DNA from: Spirochaetota bacterium
GTDB lineage: Bacteria > Spirochaetota > UBA4802 > UBA5550
Assembly: GCA_050298055.1 (NCBI GenBank)
Contig: JBNKTL010000021.1
Location: 1-64,000 of the forward strand
Direction: 5' to 3'
DNA length: 64,000 nt
The notes under the pieces are model-generated. The model had not been told where the DNA came from and did not search any database. It worked only from the letters and a program-made list of their open reading frames with translations. Positions 9,436-18,618 of the stretch are shown piece after piece; positions within the stretch are counted from its first letter, which is position 1; the number at the start of each line of letters is the position of its first letter. Both the position numbers and the translations under genes were made by a program.

Positions 9436-9553
9436 GTAACCACCCTGCTCGGGCGCGGATTATTTTTCGGGCAAATTAGTTCGCACCCGCCTGTAGCAGG
9501 GACCCTGCGGGGCTTTTAAGGGGTTTCCCCCCTTAGACCCCTTAAGAAGTTAT
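9436..9553. repeat. GC-rich double-hairpin intergenic element
   Basis: Stems CCCTGCT/AGCAGGG, CGGGCGCGGA/TTCGCACCCG and TTAAGGGGT/ACCCCTTAA; ends loosely match the GTAACTACTCAG family. Confidence 0.45.
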
Positions 9554-9621
9554 TTCATGACGGATCCAATTTGTACTTTACCCCAAATTTAAAACACGCC
9601 CCCTGCTCTGTTGCAGAATTG

Positions 9622-10971
9622 TTAGATTTTATCTTTTTTTATTCCCCCCAGTTCCCGTATAAACCTGGGTTCTTCCTTCCCTTCCCGCAGGTAGAGGATA
9701 TAGAGCTTCTCTTCGGCCCGGGTGAGGGCCACATAAAAGAGCCTCCTCTCCTCTTCAATGCTGTTTGTCCTGTCAGGGATGATCCTGTCCCACACCCCGG
9801 CAACGACCACTGTGCTGAACTCAAGTCCCTTTGAGCCGTGCATTGTCATAAAATGAAGATTTTTCTTTTCCCTGAATTTCCCGCCTGTCTGCTCTCTGAT
9901 ATTTTCAATCTGCCAGTTATTCCGGCAGAGGATTGCCAGGGACTTATCCTCCTCCCATTCTCTTTCAATGATCTCTTCTATTTTCTGCGCCTGGTCCCCG
10001 CTACCCACGGTTTCACAGACTTTAACCAGGCCTCCCCTCCCCTTATAGGAAACAAGGCGTTTCTTTGTCCTCTTTCTGTTTTTCCTGATAAACCTGTTTG
10101 AAAGCTTAACGATCTCACTCCTCGACCTGTAGTTTATCGTGAGCCTGTGGAGCTTTACGCCGGGAAAGTAGCTTTTCATCCTGATGATGTATTCCACCCG
10201 GGCGTTCCTGAAGCCGTATATGGACTGGTAGTCGTCCCCTACGGCAAAGAGATTTGGCTCCCGTTCCGGAAGAAGGACTTTGAGAAGCCGGAAGTTGTCC
10301 CCGGAGGTGTCCTGAAACTCATCGATGACCAGGTACCGTATCCTCCTGTTGATCTCTCTTCTCAGGAGCGGTCTCTTCAAAAGAAGATCCGTTGCGTACC
10401 GGATCATGTCGCCGAAATCCATGATATTCCGGGTAATCTTGATGTCCCGGTACTCTTGAATAATCTTCTCCAGGACTTCCCTTAAACCCGATTCGGTGAG
10501 TCGTTTCACCACAGTTCCGTCCAGGTTCTCATATCCCCCGATCAGGTCCAGGGCAACATCAACGGGCATCCCTTTAAGGTCAGGAAGCTTTCTCATGAGA
10601 ATCTCCCTGTAGATTTCACCTGCAGCACTTTCATCGGCAACCTCCGGAAAGGAGGCAAAACCGAAACTTTCCCTGAAGACTTCTCCCTGCTCCTTCAGGA
10701 ATCCCAGGCAGAAGGAGTGAAAGGTCCCGGCAAGGATCTTCCGGGCGCCTTCACCGATCCCCTGCCGGATCCTCTCCCTTATCTCATGGGCGGCCTTTCG
10801 GCTGAATGTCATCACCAGGATCTCCTCCGGTGCGAATCCACCCTCCCTGATGAGGTTCTTCACCTTCTCCACAAGGGTCTTTGTCTTTCCCGTCCCCGCC
10901 CCTGCCAGGACAAGGCTCACCCCGCATTCGGGACGCGAAGCACGTTCCTGCTCTTTGTTTAATTCTGTCAT
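9622..10971 (-). CDS. UvrD/Rep-family SF1 helicase, compact form (449 aa)
   Basis: GAGTGKT, TFSRKAA, TFHS, DEFQD, GDDYQSIYGFR, NYRS, TMHGSKGLEF, EERRLFYVALTRA. Confidence 0.92.
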   Translation of the reverse strand: MTELNKEQERASRPECGVSLVLAGAGTGKTKTLVEKVKNLIREGGFAPEEILVMTFSRKAAHEIRERIRQGIGEGARKILAGTFHSFCLGFLKEQGEVFRESFGFASFPEVADESAAGEIYREILMRKLPDLKGMPVDVALDLIGGYENLDGTVVKRLTESGLREVLEKIIQEYRDIKITRNIMDFGDMIRYATDLLLKRPLLRREINRRIRYLVIDEFQDTSGDNFRLLKVLLPEREPNLFAVGDDYQSIYGFRNARVEYIIRMKSYFPGVKLHRLTINYRSRSEIVKLSNRFIRKNRKRTKKRLVSYKGRGGLVKVCETVGSGDQAQKIEEIIEREWEEDKSLAILCRNNWQIENIREQTGGKFREKKNLHFMTMHGSKGLEFSTVVVAGVWDRIIPDRTNSIEEERRLFYVALTRAEEKLYILYLREGKEEPRFIRELGGIKKDKI

Positions 10972-11047
10972 AGTTATTAATACGATCGGGGAACGGGTTT
11001 CATGAAAAGAAAACAGGGAACAGTTGAATTAATTTCATTTTCCGGGA

Positions 11048-11074
11048 TGTCATTCCCGTGCAGACGGGAAACCA
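11048..11074. repeat. REP-like palindrome (GTCATTCCCG...CGGGAA type)
   Basis: TGTCATTCCCGTGCAGACGGGAAACCA; related to 3522-3638 and the half copy at 26603. Confidence 0.6.
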
Positions 11075-11300
11075 CTTCCCTGTAAAAAAAGATTGATATA
11101 AAGATTATTTCGGGTTAAGAATTAAGAAGAAAGTTCCACACAAAACACAATAGAAATAAATGAAGCACAATCTTGAAAGTTAAAGAGGAAGATTTTAAAA
11201 ACGTGTAATGAACACAGACATCCGATAATAAATTATTGACTCTATTCGATAAATGATAAAAACTATGCACTGATATATCTACTGTTTAAAAGGAGTCGCA

Positions 11301-12890
11301 ATGTCAATCAGCAAAATATACAATAAGATGTTTCTCTCCCGTTATAATAAGATGGATGTTTTTACTCGTTTCAGCGCGAATTTTCTTGTGGTCATCTGCC
11401 TGATTTTTTTTGCGGTAATGTTTATTTTATTTTTTATAAACTTGAAGACCTCGGGAATTTTGATCTCCCTGGTTTCCAGCGGTACATCATGTACCGTGGC
11501 CACCATTACAATATTGCTCGTGAGAAAGGGAAAAGTATGGACTGCCGGTACCTTCATGACAATTATCCAGTCACTGGTTATCTTTCTCGCCGGTATAGTC
11601 AGAACTCCGGAAATCGCACTCTCAACAAGCGCTTTTTTCTGTTTTCCCCTGACCCTGCTTGCCGTTATCTACACCAAGCCATGGTTAAATCGTTCCGTAA
11701 TAATTTATCTTGTTATTCTTATGGTCCTGAACATTCTCCGTTTTGATCCGTCAACAGTGGTCTTAAATGCTTCCGAAGTGGGAAAAGCAAAGGCAATATT
11801 TATGCGGGGAAGCTTTACAAGTATTGCAAACCTGATAATGGTCTATGTTCTTGCGTATATAACCATGCATGCATTGAAAATTTCACTTCAGATAAGTAAA
11901 GATGAAACAAAAAAAAGCATGGAAAAAAATAATTTTATTACCCGGCTTATGGATACTATTAAGAAGTCATACCAGGACCTGACCACATCCATGGAGAAGA
12001 CCGACAAAGCCGTTTCAAATATTTTTCAAAATATCCAGACAGAAACCGCCACTATTGAAGAACTTGTTGCTTCCATTGAAGAAATATCAACAAGCACGTC
12101 AGGTATCGAAGAGACGGTGAAAAGACAGAGCGAATCGGTCAAGGAGTTGAAGAACAGCATTACCGAACTTTCCGGTTCAATTGACTCACTGCAAAATCTG
12201 GGAAACTCCCTCCAGATCGAATTTACCGGTATCGGCAAGACCGCTGAAACAGGCAATGAGTCCTCAAAATCACTGGATGATGTTAACAGGAGAACACTTG
12301 AAAATTCCGACAACATACAGGAGATCACCGGAATTATTAATAATTTTTTTGAACGGATAAATTTACTCTCATTAAATGCCTCAATTGAAGCTGCCAGGGC
12401 TGGCGAGCATGGGAGGGGTTTTGCCGTGGTTGCCAACGAGATAGGGAAACTGGCTGACAGCTCATCAAGCGAGCTGAAAAAGATACAGGACCTGATCGAT
12501 AAAAATAAAAGCGATGTTGAATTCTCAAACTCAATAATAGGGAAAATCATCAATTTTATTGAGTCCCTTAACAGGAGCCTTATCAATGTCCAGGGTAAAG
12601 GCATGGATACACTGAAACTCATATCCCAGCAGAAAGAACTACAGAGCGATATGCTCCGGGGAACAGAAAAAGTTTTTGAAAACTCGGAATTTGTCAAATC
12701 ATCCTCCGTGGAACAGGCAGTTGCCATCCAGGACGTGGTAAAATCAATTGACCACACAAACACCCTGATTCAGTCAAATAACTCCGACGCAGAAATTCTC
12801 ATGGACAATTATAACAGTCTCAAATCCCTTGTTTCTCATCTTGAATCAATAATATTCGCCGACGAGAAGGAGTCCGGGGTTGTGGGTTAA
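11301..12890 (+). CDS. Methyl-accepting chemotaxis protein with multi-TM N-terminus
   Basis: [33 protein letters not shown] signalling signature; AAGGAG RBS. Confidence 0.93.
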   Translation: MSISKIYNKMFLSRYNKMDVFTRFSANFLVVICLIFFAVMFILFFINLKTSGILISLVSSGTSCTVATITILLVRKGKVWTAGTFMTIIQSLVIFLAGIVRTPEIALSTSAFFCFPLTLLAVIYTKPWLNRSVIIYLVILMVLNILRFDPSTVVLNASEVGKAKAIFMRGSFTSIANLIMVYVLAYITMHALKISLQISKDETKKSMEKNNFITRLMDTIKKSYQDLTTSMEKTDKAVSNIFQNIQTETATIEELVASIEEISTSTSGIEETVKRQSESVKELKNSITELSGSIDSLQNLGNSLQIEFTGIGKTAETGNESSKSLDDVNRRTLENSDNIQEITGIINNFFERINLLSLNASIEAARAGEHGRGFAVVANEIGKLADSSSSELKKIQDLIDKNKSDVEFSNSIIGKIINFIESLNRSLINVQGKGMDTLKLISQQKELQSDMLRGTEKVFENSEFVKSSSVEQAVAIQDVVKSIDHTNTLIQSNNSDAEILMDNYNSLKSLVSHLESIIFADEKESGVVG

Positions 12891-12895
12891 GGTTT

Positions 12896-13033
12896 GCCAC
12901 TAAAGCACGGAGACACAGAGAGATTAAGAAGAAAGAGTGTAAGAAAGGAGATATGGGGATGGAAAAGAGAACAGGGGACAGGAAAGTCATAAATATATTA
13001 TCTCCTCATCTCCTCTTTATCCCCCTATCCCCT
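12896..13033. repeat. Nonamer-type half repeat plus purine/pyrimidine inverted arms
   Basis: CCACTAAAGCACGGAGACACAGAG, then GGAGATATGGGGAT ... ATCCCCCTATCCCC imperfect inverted repeat. Confidence 0.5.
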
Positions 13034-13077
13034 TTTGACTTTATCCTGTATAAGCTATAAATCAATGAACAGAGATC

Positions 13078-13983
13078 ATGGCAGAATTTCTTTCAATTTT
13101 TATCAATGTAATACTCCCTGTATTCGGGATCGTCCTCCTGGGATACCTGCTGGGGGGACGTCTGAAGCTGGAGTCCCGGAGCCTCACACGGTCCGCATAC
13201 TACGTTTTTGTTCCGGCATTTATCTTTAACGTTATCAGCAAGTCCAGTGTCAGCTTTGAGAGCGCGGCCAGGATGTTTGCCTTTATCATCCTGGTCCATC
13301 TTCTTGCGGCCTTCCTGGGCGGGCTCATGGGAAAACTTCTTGGCCGTTCACGGGAGGTGATCGCTGCTTTTATCATGATCGCCGTTTTCGGGAACGTGGG
13401 AAATTACGGCCTGGCGGTGATCCGCTTCAGACTGGGAGAGGAGGCCGTTCTCCCCTCAACAATATACTTTGTGATCATCACGATAACCTCATTCATTGTC
13501 TGTGTCAGCGCGGCGGGATGGGCCCGGGGAGGGACACGGGGAGCCCTGATGGGACTTGTCAGGACCCCGGCCCTCTGGGCGGTGGTTCCGGCGGTTATCG
13601 TCTCCGGAACCGGCATTACCGTTCCCCTGATGATCTTCCGGATGCTGGGACTCCTGGGAGACGCCATGATCCCCGTCATGCTCTTTGCCCTGGGGATTCA
13701 GCTTCTGGAGCAGAGTGACGTGAAGATATCCCCGGATGTTTTTACCGCATCCGCATTGCGGCTCATCTTAGCCCCTGCCCTTGCGGCGGTTACCGGTCTC
13801 TTTTTCGGTCTCTCCCCTGTGGCCTATGCCTCGGGAATACTCCAGGCGGGAATGCCCGCAGCGGTCCTTGTGGCCATCATTTCCGGTGAGTACAATATCG
13901 TCCACGGTTTTGTGACTTCGGTGGTACTCTTTACCACGCTTGCCAGTCTATTAAGTCTCACGGTGATAATGGTTTTGCTGTAG
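13078..13983 (+). CDS. AEC (auxin efflux carrier) family transporter
   Basis: About 10 TM helices; FGNVGNYG, AMIPVMLFALG, GMPAA motifs. Confidence 0.92.
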   Translation: MAEFLSIFINVILPVFGIVLLGYLLGGRLKLESRSLTRSAYYVFVPAFIFNVISKSSVSFESAARMFAFIILVHLLAAFLGGLMGKLLGRSREVIAAFIMIAVFGNVGNYGLAVIRFRLGEEAVLPSTIYFVIITITSFIVCVSAAGWARGGTRGALMGLVRTPALWAVVPAVIVSGTGITVPLMIFRMLGLLGDAMIPVMLFALGIQLLEQSDVKISPDVFTASALRLILAPALAAVTGLFFGLSPVAYASGILQAGMPAAVLVAIISGEYNIVHGFVTSVVLFTTLASLLSLTVIMVLL

Positions 13984-14083
13984 TTCCGGGTTGAAGATAG
14001 TTTCGAGTTCCGAGTTCCAAGTTTCGGGTTGAAGAGGGAGAAAAAGGAAAGTATTGAACCGCAAAGGCGCAAAGGGCGCGAAG
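13983..14083. repeat. Heptamer tandem repeat followed by nonamer-type repeat
   Basis: gtttcga gttccga gttccaa gtttcgg gttgaag; AACCGCAAAGGCGCAAAGGGCGCGAAG at 14057-14083 is nearly identical to 36322-36348. Confidence 0.7.
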
Positions 14084-14089
14084 AAAGTT

Positions 14090-14263
14090 TTAAGTAATAC
14101 CTGCCTTTTTCAGGTCTTCTTCTGAGAGTTCAGTTATATCAGTAATTTCTTTAAGGGAGAATCCCTTCTCATACATTTTCACTGCATCCTCTAATTTTCC
14201 TTCGATTTTGCCTTCTTTTAGTCCTTTAATTTTACCTCTTTTTATTAACTCTTCTACAATCAT
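14090..14263 (-). CDS. Isolated C-terminal domain of an Rpn/PD-(D/E)XK 'transposase'-family protein (RpnS-like, 57 aa)
   Basis: GKIKGLKEGKIEGK repeat, then an HTH-like tail (KGFSLKEITDITELSEEDL); AGGGGGGA RBS before ATG 14263; no nuclease domain upstream. Confidence 0.65.
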   Translation of the reverse strand: MIVEELIKRGKIKGLKEGKIEGKLEDAVKMYEKGFSLKEITDITELSEEDLKKAGIT

Positions 14264-14363
14264 GTTTGATTCCCCCCTTTCCTCCATATTGTCAGTAATC
14301 ATTTTTTTCTCAGTATTATCAATATGGAGATAATAATCTCAAATTGAGACCAATAATTAAAAT

Positions 14364-14654
14364 TTAAATATTTTCCAACAACCTTTTACCATGTATAATG
14401 GTAACTATACTGATCTCTTTTTCTGAAATCTCATATATTAATCTATACTGCTAGACAAATAATTCTCTTATTGATTTTTTACCAAATTCAGGAACAACCC
14501 GTCCCATAGAGGGGAACTTAATAAGGTTCTGAGCGGCCTCAAAAAAACTATCTGCAACTGATTCTGCGTAATAGATTGAATCTCTGGCAATATAACTGCA
14601 TATCGCATCAATATCATCAAGCGCGTCAGGCGACCAGATTATTTTGTAATCCAT
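14364..14654 (-). pseudogene. RelE/ParE family toxin interrupted by an in-frame TAG (14451-14453)
   Basis: Reading through the TAG gives ...IRELFV*QYRLIYEISEKEISIVTIIHGKRLLENI-TAA, a complete ParE-like C-terminus. Confidence 0.85.
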
Positions 14655-14827
14655 TTTGAAAGTCGCGCTTTCGCTTCTTCGTTTGATATTCCTTTACCAT
14701 CTTTAATTGACTGCCGGCCCTTGCGAACTTTTTCAAGGACGTAAAGATGGTACTGGATGTCCTCAAGTGACGAATCATCAGGCATATTGTGGATCATATC
14801 GGCGACTTCATCTTTGAGTGAGTTCAT
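14639..14827 (-). CDS. Putative antitoxin of the RelE/ParE module
   Basis: 62 aa; PDDSSLEDIQYHLYVLEKV...GKGISNEEAKARLSKW; overlaps the toxin start. Confidence 0.8.
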   Translation of the reverse strand: MNSLKDEVADMIHNMPDDSSLEDIQYHLYVLEKVRKGRQSIKDGKGISNEEAKARLSKWITK

Positions 14828-14990
14828 TGTAGTTTTTACCTGTTGTTACTTTTTATTATGAGTATAAAAAAATTTATGACATACATCAACATTGTTTTCA
14901 ATGACCGGGAACAATTCAACTGTTTTTTTGTCTCTCAGGAAATGAGATTTTTCAAATGAGGAGGAGTTCCGGGAGTAAGAGGGAGAGTTT

Positions 14991-15056
14991 AGCCGCAGAT
15001 TAACGCGGATGGACGTTCCGGGTTCCAAGTTCCGAGTTCAGAGTTCCGGATTTCGA
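14991..15056. repeat. Nonamer-type repeat plus six heptamer units
   Basis: AGCCGCAGATTAACGCGGATGGAC, then gttccgg gttccaa gttccga gttcaga gttccgg atttcga. Confidence 0.7.
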
Positions 15057-15067
15057 ATTACGTCATT

Positions 15068-15190
15068 TCAGTAAGTTGAGCATCTATAGGTTGGACTCAG
15101 TGTTCCGTCACAACATACGATATTATCTCCACTGCATCCACAAACACCCTGGTGCCATGAACAGCAATATCCTGCGGGTGAAGCCCGCAA
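15068..15190 (-). pseudogene. Remnant of a small Cys-rich protein (CCSWHxGVCGC...CCDGTLSP)
   Basis: Minus-strand frame reads LRASPAGYCCSWHQGVCGCSGDNIVCCDGTLSPTYRCSTY*; no signal peptide or clear RBS. Confidence 0.6.
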
Positions 15191-15205
15191 AAACTCATAT
15201 TTTCA

Positions 15206-15246
15206 TTGACTTTTCACAAGTACTTTTGTACAATACACTTGTACAA
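15206..15246 (+). promoter_or_regulatory. Sigma70 promoter with tandem palindromic TA operator
   Basis: TTGACT-17bp-TACAAT; TTGTACAA boxes at 15226-15233 and 15239-15246. Confidence 0.75.
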
Positions 15247-15267
15247 GACAAACAAAAGGTATTAAGA

Positions 15268-15498
15268 ATGAAAACCGTAAAAATAAGCGACTTGAGAAAA
15301 AACCTTCTCTCCTTTCTAAAAAAAGCCAACGCGGGAGAATTTATAACGGTCACCTCCCGGGGGAAAAAAATCGCCATGATTGTACCGGCAAAAAGTGAAA
15401 AAGAAAACTCCAGAAAGATCCTTCAAAACCTTGCGCAGACCGCTGTGATCGAAGATATTGTTTCTCCCATCAATGAAGAGTGGAAGGCAGAAAAGTGA
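15268..15498 (+). CDS. Phd/YefM family antitoxin
   Basis: MKTVKISDLRKNL...GEFITVTSRGKKIA Phd pattern; GTGA overlap with a PIN toxin. Confidence 0.9.
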   Translation: MKTVKISDLRKNLLSFLKKANAGEFITVTSRGKKIAMIVPAKSEKENSRKILQNLAQTAVIEDIVSPINEEWKAEK

Positions 15499-15887
15499 TA
15501 GTCGCAGACACTCATATTATAATCTGGGACGCTTTAACCCCCCGCATGCTTTCAAATAAGGCAAAAAAAGCACTGGGAGACGCTAATAATGCTAAAGGAA
15601 TTATTTTCTGTGAAATATCTCTCTGGGAAATTGCCATACTCATGAAAAAAAAGAGACTTCAGGTGAACTGCAGCTTCATTGAATTTATAAACCTGCTGCT
15701 GGAATCCAGAAACTACACATTAAAAGGGATTACTCCGGAAATCGCTGACCTCTCTGTGGATATCGAAGGATTAAGAGGCGACCCCGCAGACAGAATAATC
15801 GCCGCAACAACTCTTGCGGAAAAAACGAAATTAGTTACGGCAGACAAAGAAATAATAAAATCAAATCGTGTAACAACAATCTGGTGA
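15495..15887 (+). CDS. vapC: VapC family PIN-domain toxin
   Basis: DTH, SLWEI, DPADRIIAAT, LVTAD acidic PIN motifs. Confidence 0.92.
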   Translation: MIVADTHIIIWDALTPRMLSNKAKKALGDANNAKGIIFCEISLWEIAILMKKKRLQVNCSFIEFINLLLESRNYTLKGITPEIADLSVDIEGLRGDPADRIIAATTLAEKTKLVTADKEIIKSNRVTTIW

Positions 15888-15984
15888 TAATAAATATTAC
15901 CCTTGACAAACCGTTTCCCATAAATTCACCTAAACTCGCAAACACAAAAAAACCTTCAAATCAAATGACAGAACAAAAACAGGG

Positions 15985-16740
15985 ATGAAACTTATGAAAT
16001 ATATTATTTCTCTTTTAATAATCACCATCACCGCCCTCCCCTCCTGCACCAGGGTGGACCCGGACAGCAAGGCGTTCCAGGACGCCGTGGTGAAGGCCGT
16101 AGAGGCCCGGAAAGAAGAGATCTTCAAAATCATGTCCCGGGAAGCAAGGGAATCCCGGGTCAGGCAAAGGGAAGAGGCCCTGAAGAAGGCAAAGGCCGAG
16201 ATGGAGGAACAGTTTAAAAAACCCCTGGAGCCTGCAATTGACGGACGATATGTCATGGGCAGTAAAAACGCTCCCATTACCATTATTGAGTACAGCGACT
16301 TCCAGTGCCCCTACTGTAAAAAAGGCTCGCAGATCGTCCACCGGGTCATGAACATCTACAAAGGGAAGGTGAGGCTGATATTCAAGCACCTCCCCCTGAA
16401 CATTCACAAAAACGCGATGACCGCCGCCAGGGGAGCTATTGCCGCGGAAAAACAGGGCAGGTTTAAAGAATATTATACTGTTCTCTTCAACAACCAGAAG
16501 AAGATAGACAGGAACTTTATCCTGGGCACCGCGCGGTCCCTGGGAATGAATGTTTCGAAATTTACCCGGGACATGGACTCCCCGGAGGCGGAGAAGATCA
16601 TCAGGGCGGACATGGACGAGGCAAAAAGGTTCGGCATCACCGGAACACCGGCATATGTCATCAACGGGGTGGCACTGAAAGGGGCTTATCCCCTGGAGGA
16701 GTTCAAAGCTGTGATTGACCGGCACCTTTCCGGGAAGTAA
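15985..16740 (+). CDS. DsbA/thioredoxin-fold lipoprotein
   Basis: Lipobox-like LPSC; EYSDFQCPYC and GITGTP motifs. Confidence 0.9.
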   Translation: MKLMKYIISLLIITITALPSCTRVDPDSKAFQDAVVKAVEARKEEIFKIMSREARESRVRQREEALKKAKAEMEEQFKKPLEPAIDGRYVMGSKNAPITIIEYSDFQCPYCKKGSQIVHRVMNIYKGKVRLIFKHLPLNIHKNAMTAARGAIAAEKQGRFKEYYTVLFNNQKKIDRNFILGTARSLGMNVSKFTRDMDSPEAEKIIRADMDEAKRFGITGTPAYVINGVALKGAYPLEEFKAVIDRHLSGK

Positions 16741-16745
16741 AGGAG

Positions 16746-17015
16746 TCACACCTTCCTGTCGATGAAGAAGGCCTTCTTTATTTTTCCCAGGTGTCTTTTC
16801 AGGTACTTTTTTACAATTGCGGGGTGTCTCCTGTACCATTTACGGTGCATTTCCCTGTTATCGTCTTCCGATAAGTCATCGGGCATATTCTCCCGGGAGT
16901 CATGGTCAGGGGCCTGTTCGCCGTTCCTGTGCTGGTGGTGACCTTCGGGAAGGTCCCGCTTCTTCCCGGGCAGGGTGATCAGCCTGCTCTTTTTTACAGG
17001 TGGGATCTCATCCAT
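16746..17015 (-). CDS. Hypothetical protein
   Basis: GGAG RBS; directly follows the radical SAM gene. Confidence 0.55.
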   Translation of the reverse strand: MDEIPPVKKSRLITLPGKKRDLPEGHHQHRNGEQAPDHDSRENMPDDLSEDDNREMHRKWYRRHPAIVKKYLKRHLGKIKKAFFIDRKV

Positions 17016-17030
17016 AATTGACTCCGCGCA

Positions 17031-18599
17031 TCAGCACCATGATACACATTTATTATCGTTCCCTTTTCCTATCCTGATACAGTTATTTTTTGTCAACCTC
17101 TCAATTTCTCTCTCCGCCCCTTCCCTCTCCAAGGGTATCTCCCGGGCAACGTAATCGATAAAACGCTCCGCTGCTTCTCCGTCCCGGCCATTCTCATTTT
17201 TATTAAAATCATCTATGAGATCGGAAAAAATGAGCCTTTGCACAAACTTCTGGGTCTTTCTCATAGTGAGGATCTTCATCTCGGCATCAGAAATGTCTTC
17301 GCCCCGGCCCGCCTTTCTCTCAATGTTCTTCACATAGTCGTCCACCCCTTCCCGGTAAGCGGCAGCGGTCCTCTCTACCTCCGCGGCGTCACACCCAACA
17401 GATTCCGAAACAGTATGCTTCGCGTCATAGAGGTCCCAGTCACTGTTCAGGATCCTGATCCCATACTCACGGGCCTTCTCCCGTACCTCCGAACCGGGAA
17501 CAGGGGCAAGGACATGATAGCCGTAGCTGTCACTGAGGGACCGGGAAAATTCCAGGGTCTGCCGTAAGGTTTCGGGGGTCTCTCCCGGCAGGCCCAGGAT
17601 GTACGCGGTCATGGCCCTGATCCCGGCCTTTCCGCACATGTCTACCGCGTCCCTGCACATCTTCAAATTTGTTTTCTTTTTTACCCTGTCCAGGATCTCC
17701 TGGTTCCCGCTCTCAATGCCGAAACAGAGGGTGGTGCAGCCCGCCCTCTTCATCAGGCGCAGCAGTTCTTCCGATACCGTATCAACCCGGGCAAACGCCG
17801 TCCACTCCTGTTTTATCCCCCGCCTGATTATCTCGTTGCAGATCTCACTGCACCGTCTCCTGTTGGCAGTAAAGAGGTCGTCCGCGATGTTTATCTGGGA
17901 GGGCCCTGTCTCCGCCAGGGACTGGAATTCATCCACCACTCTCATGGTGTGCAAATACCTCACCCTGTTCCCCACCATCCTGTTCCCCACACAGAAGACG
18001 CACCTGTGGGGACATCCCCGGGAAGTGGTCATGTTGACCGGCATCCCCAGGGCCCTGTACTTACCCAGCTCCGCAAGGCCGGGGTCCGGACAGGGGAGGA
18101 TATTAAGATCAGCAATAAAATCCCTCTCCCTGTTGTGGAGAATACCATTTTCCTTCCGGTAAGAGAGCCCGTCTATCTTCGCGTAATCCTTATCTCCCCC
18201 TGCGGCACGGAGAAGCACTTCCGTGGTAAGCTCCCCCTCCCCCCTGACAATAAAATCCAGGTGGGGGTTCTCCCGAAGTACCGCCTCCGCGTCAAAGGTC
18301 ACATGGGGCCCGCCGGCAATGGTGGTTACGCCGGGAAGGACGTCCCTGTAGACCTTGAGGATTTCCAGCGCTTTCCTGATATTCATGGTGGCGCCGGTGA
18401 TACCGATAAATCCGGGCCTGAACCCGGCGGCAATCCTCTCCACCCTTTCCCGGGAGAAGCTGTTGACCACAAGGTCATCTATCATCACGGCATAGCCCTT
18501 GCTTTCAAGATATGCTCCCAGGGACATGAGACCCAGTGGAGGTGACGGGCAATCAGCCAGGGGATAGGGGGGGTTGACCAGGACAATTCTCTTATTCAT
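17031..18599 (-). CDS. B12-binding domain radical SAM protein
   Basis: PPLGL and GGPH cobalamin-binding domain; CPHRCVFC; FGIESG; GLPGET. Confidence 0.92.
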   Translation of the reverse strand: MNKRIVLVNPPYPLADCPSPPLGLMSLGAYLESKGYAVMIDDLVVNSFSRERVERIAAGFRPGFIGITGATMNIRKALEILKVYRDVLPGVTTIAGGPHVTFDAEAVLRENPHLDFIVRGEGELTTEVLLRAAGGDKDYAKIDGLSYRKENGILHNRERDFIADLNILPCPDPGLAELGKYRALGMPVNMTTSRGCPHRCVFCVGNRMVGNRVRYLHTMRVVDEFQSLAETGPSQINIADDLFTANRRRCSEICNEIIRRGIKQEWTAFARVDTVSEELLRLMKRAGCTTLCFGIESGNQEILDRVKKKTNLKMCRDAVDMCGKAGIRAMTAYILGLPGETPETLRQTLEFSRSLSDSYGYHVLAPVPGSEVREKAREYGIRILNSDWDLYDAKHTVSESVGCDAAEVERTAAAYREGVDDYVKNIERKAGRGEDISDAEMKILTMRKTQKFVQRLIFSDLIDDFNKNENGRDGEAAERFIDYVAREIPLEREGAEREIERLTKNNCIRIGKGNDNKCVSWC

Positions 18600-18618
18600 G
18601 GATTTACGGATAATATGA

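Noticed and set aside
9622..10971. Gabija system
   Set aside because: There is no OLD-family GajA nuclease gene adjacent to the helicase.
14451..14453. Pyrrolysine or genome-wide TAG recoding
   Set aside because: TAG ends normal genes here (recR, AEC transporter, THUMP methyltransferase), and no pyl genes are in the window.
15076..15267. N-terminal extension of the Phd antitoxin ORF
   Set aside because: It spans the promoter/operator and the antisense Cys-rich remnant; the Phd pattern starts at ATG 15268.
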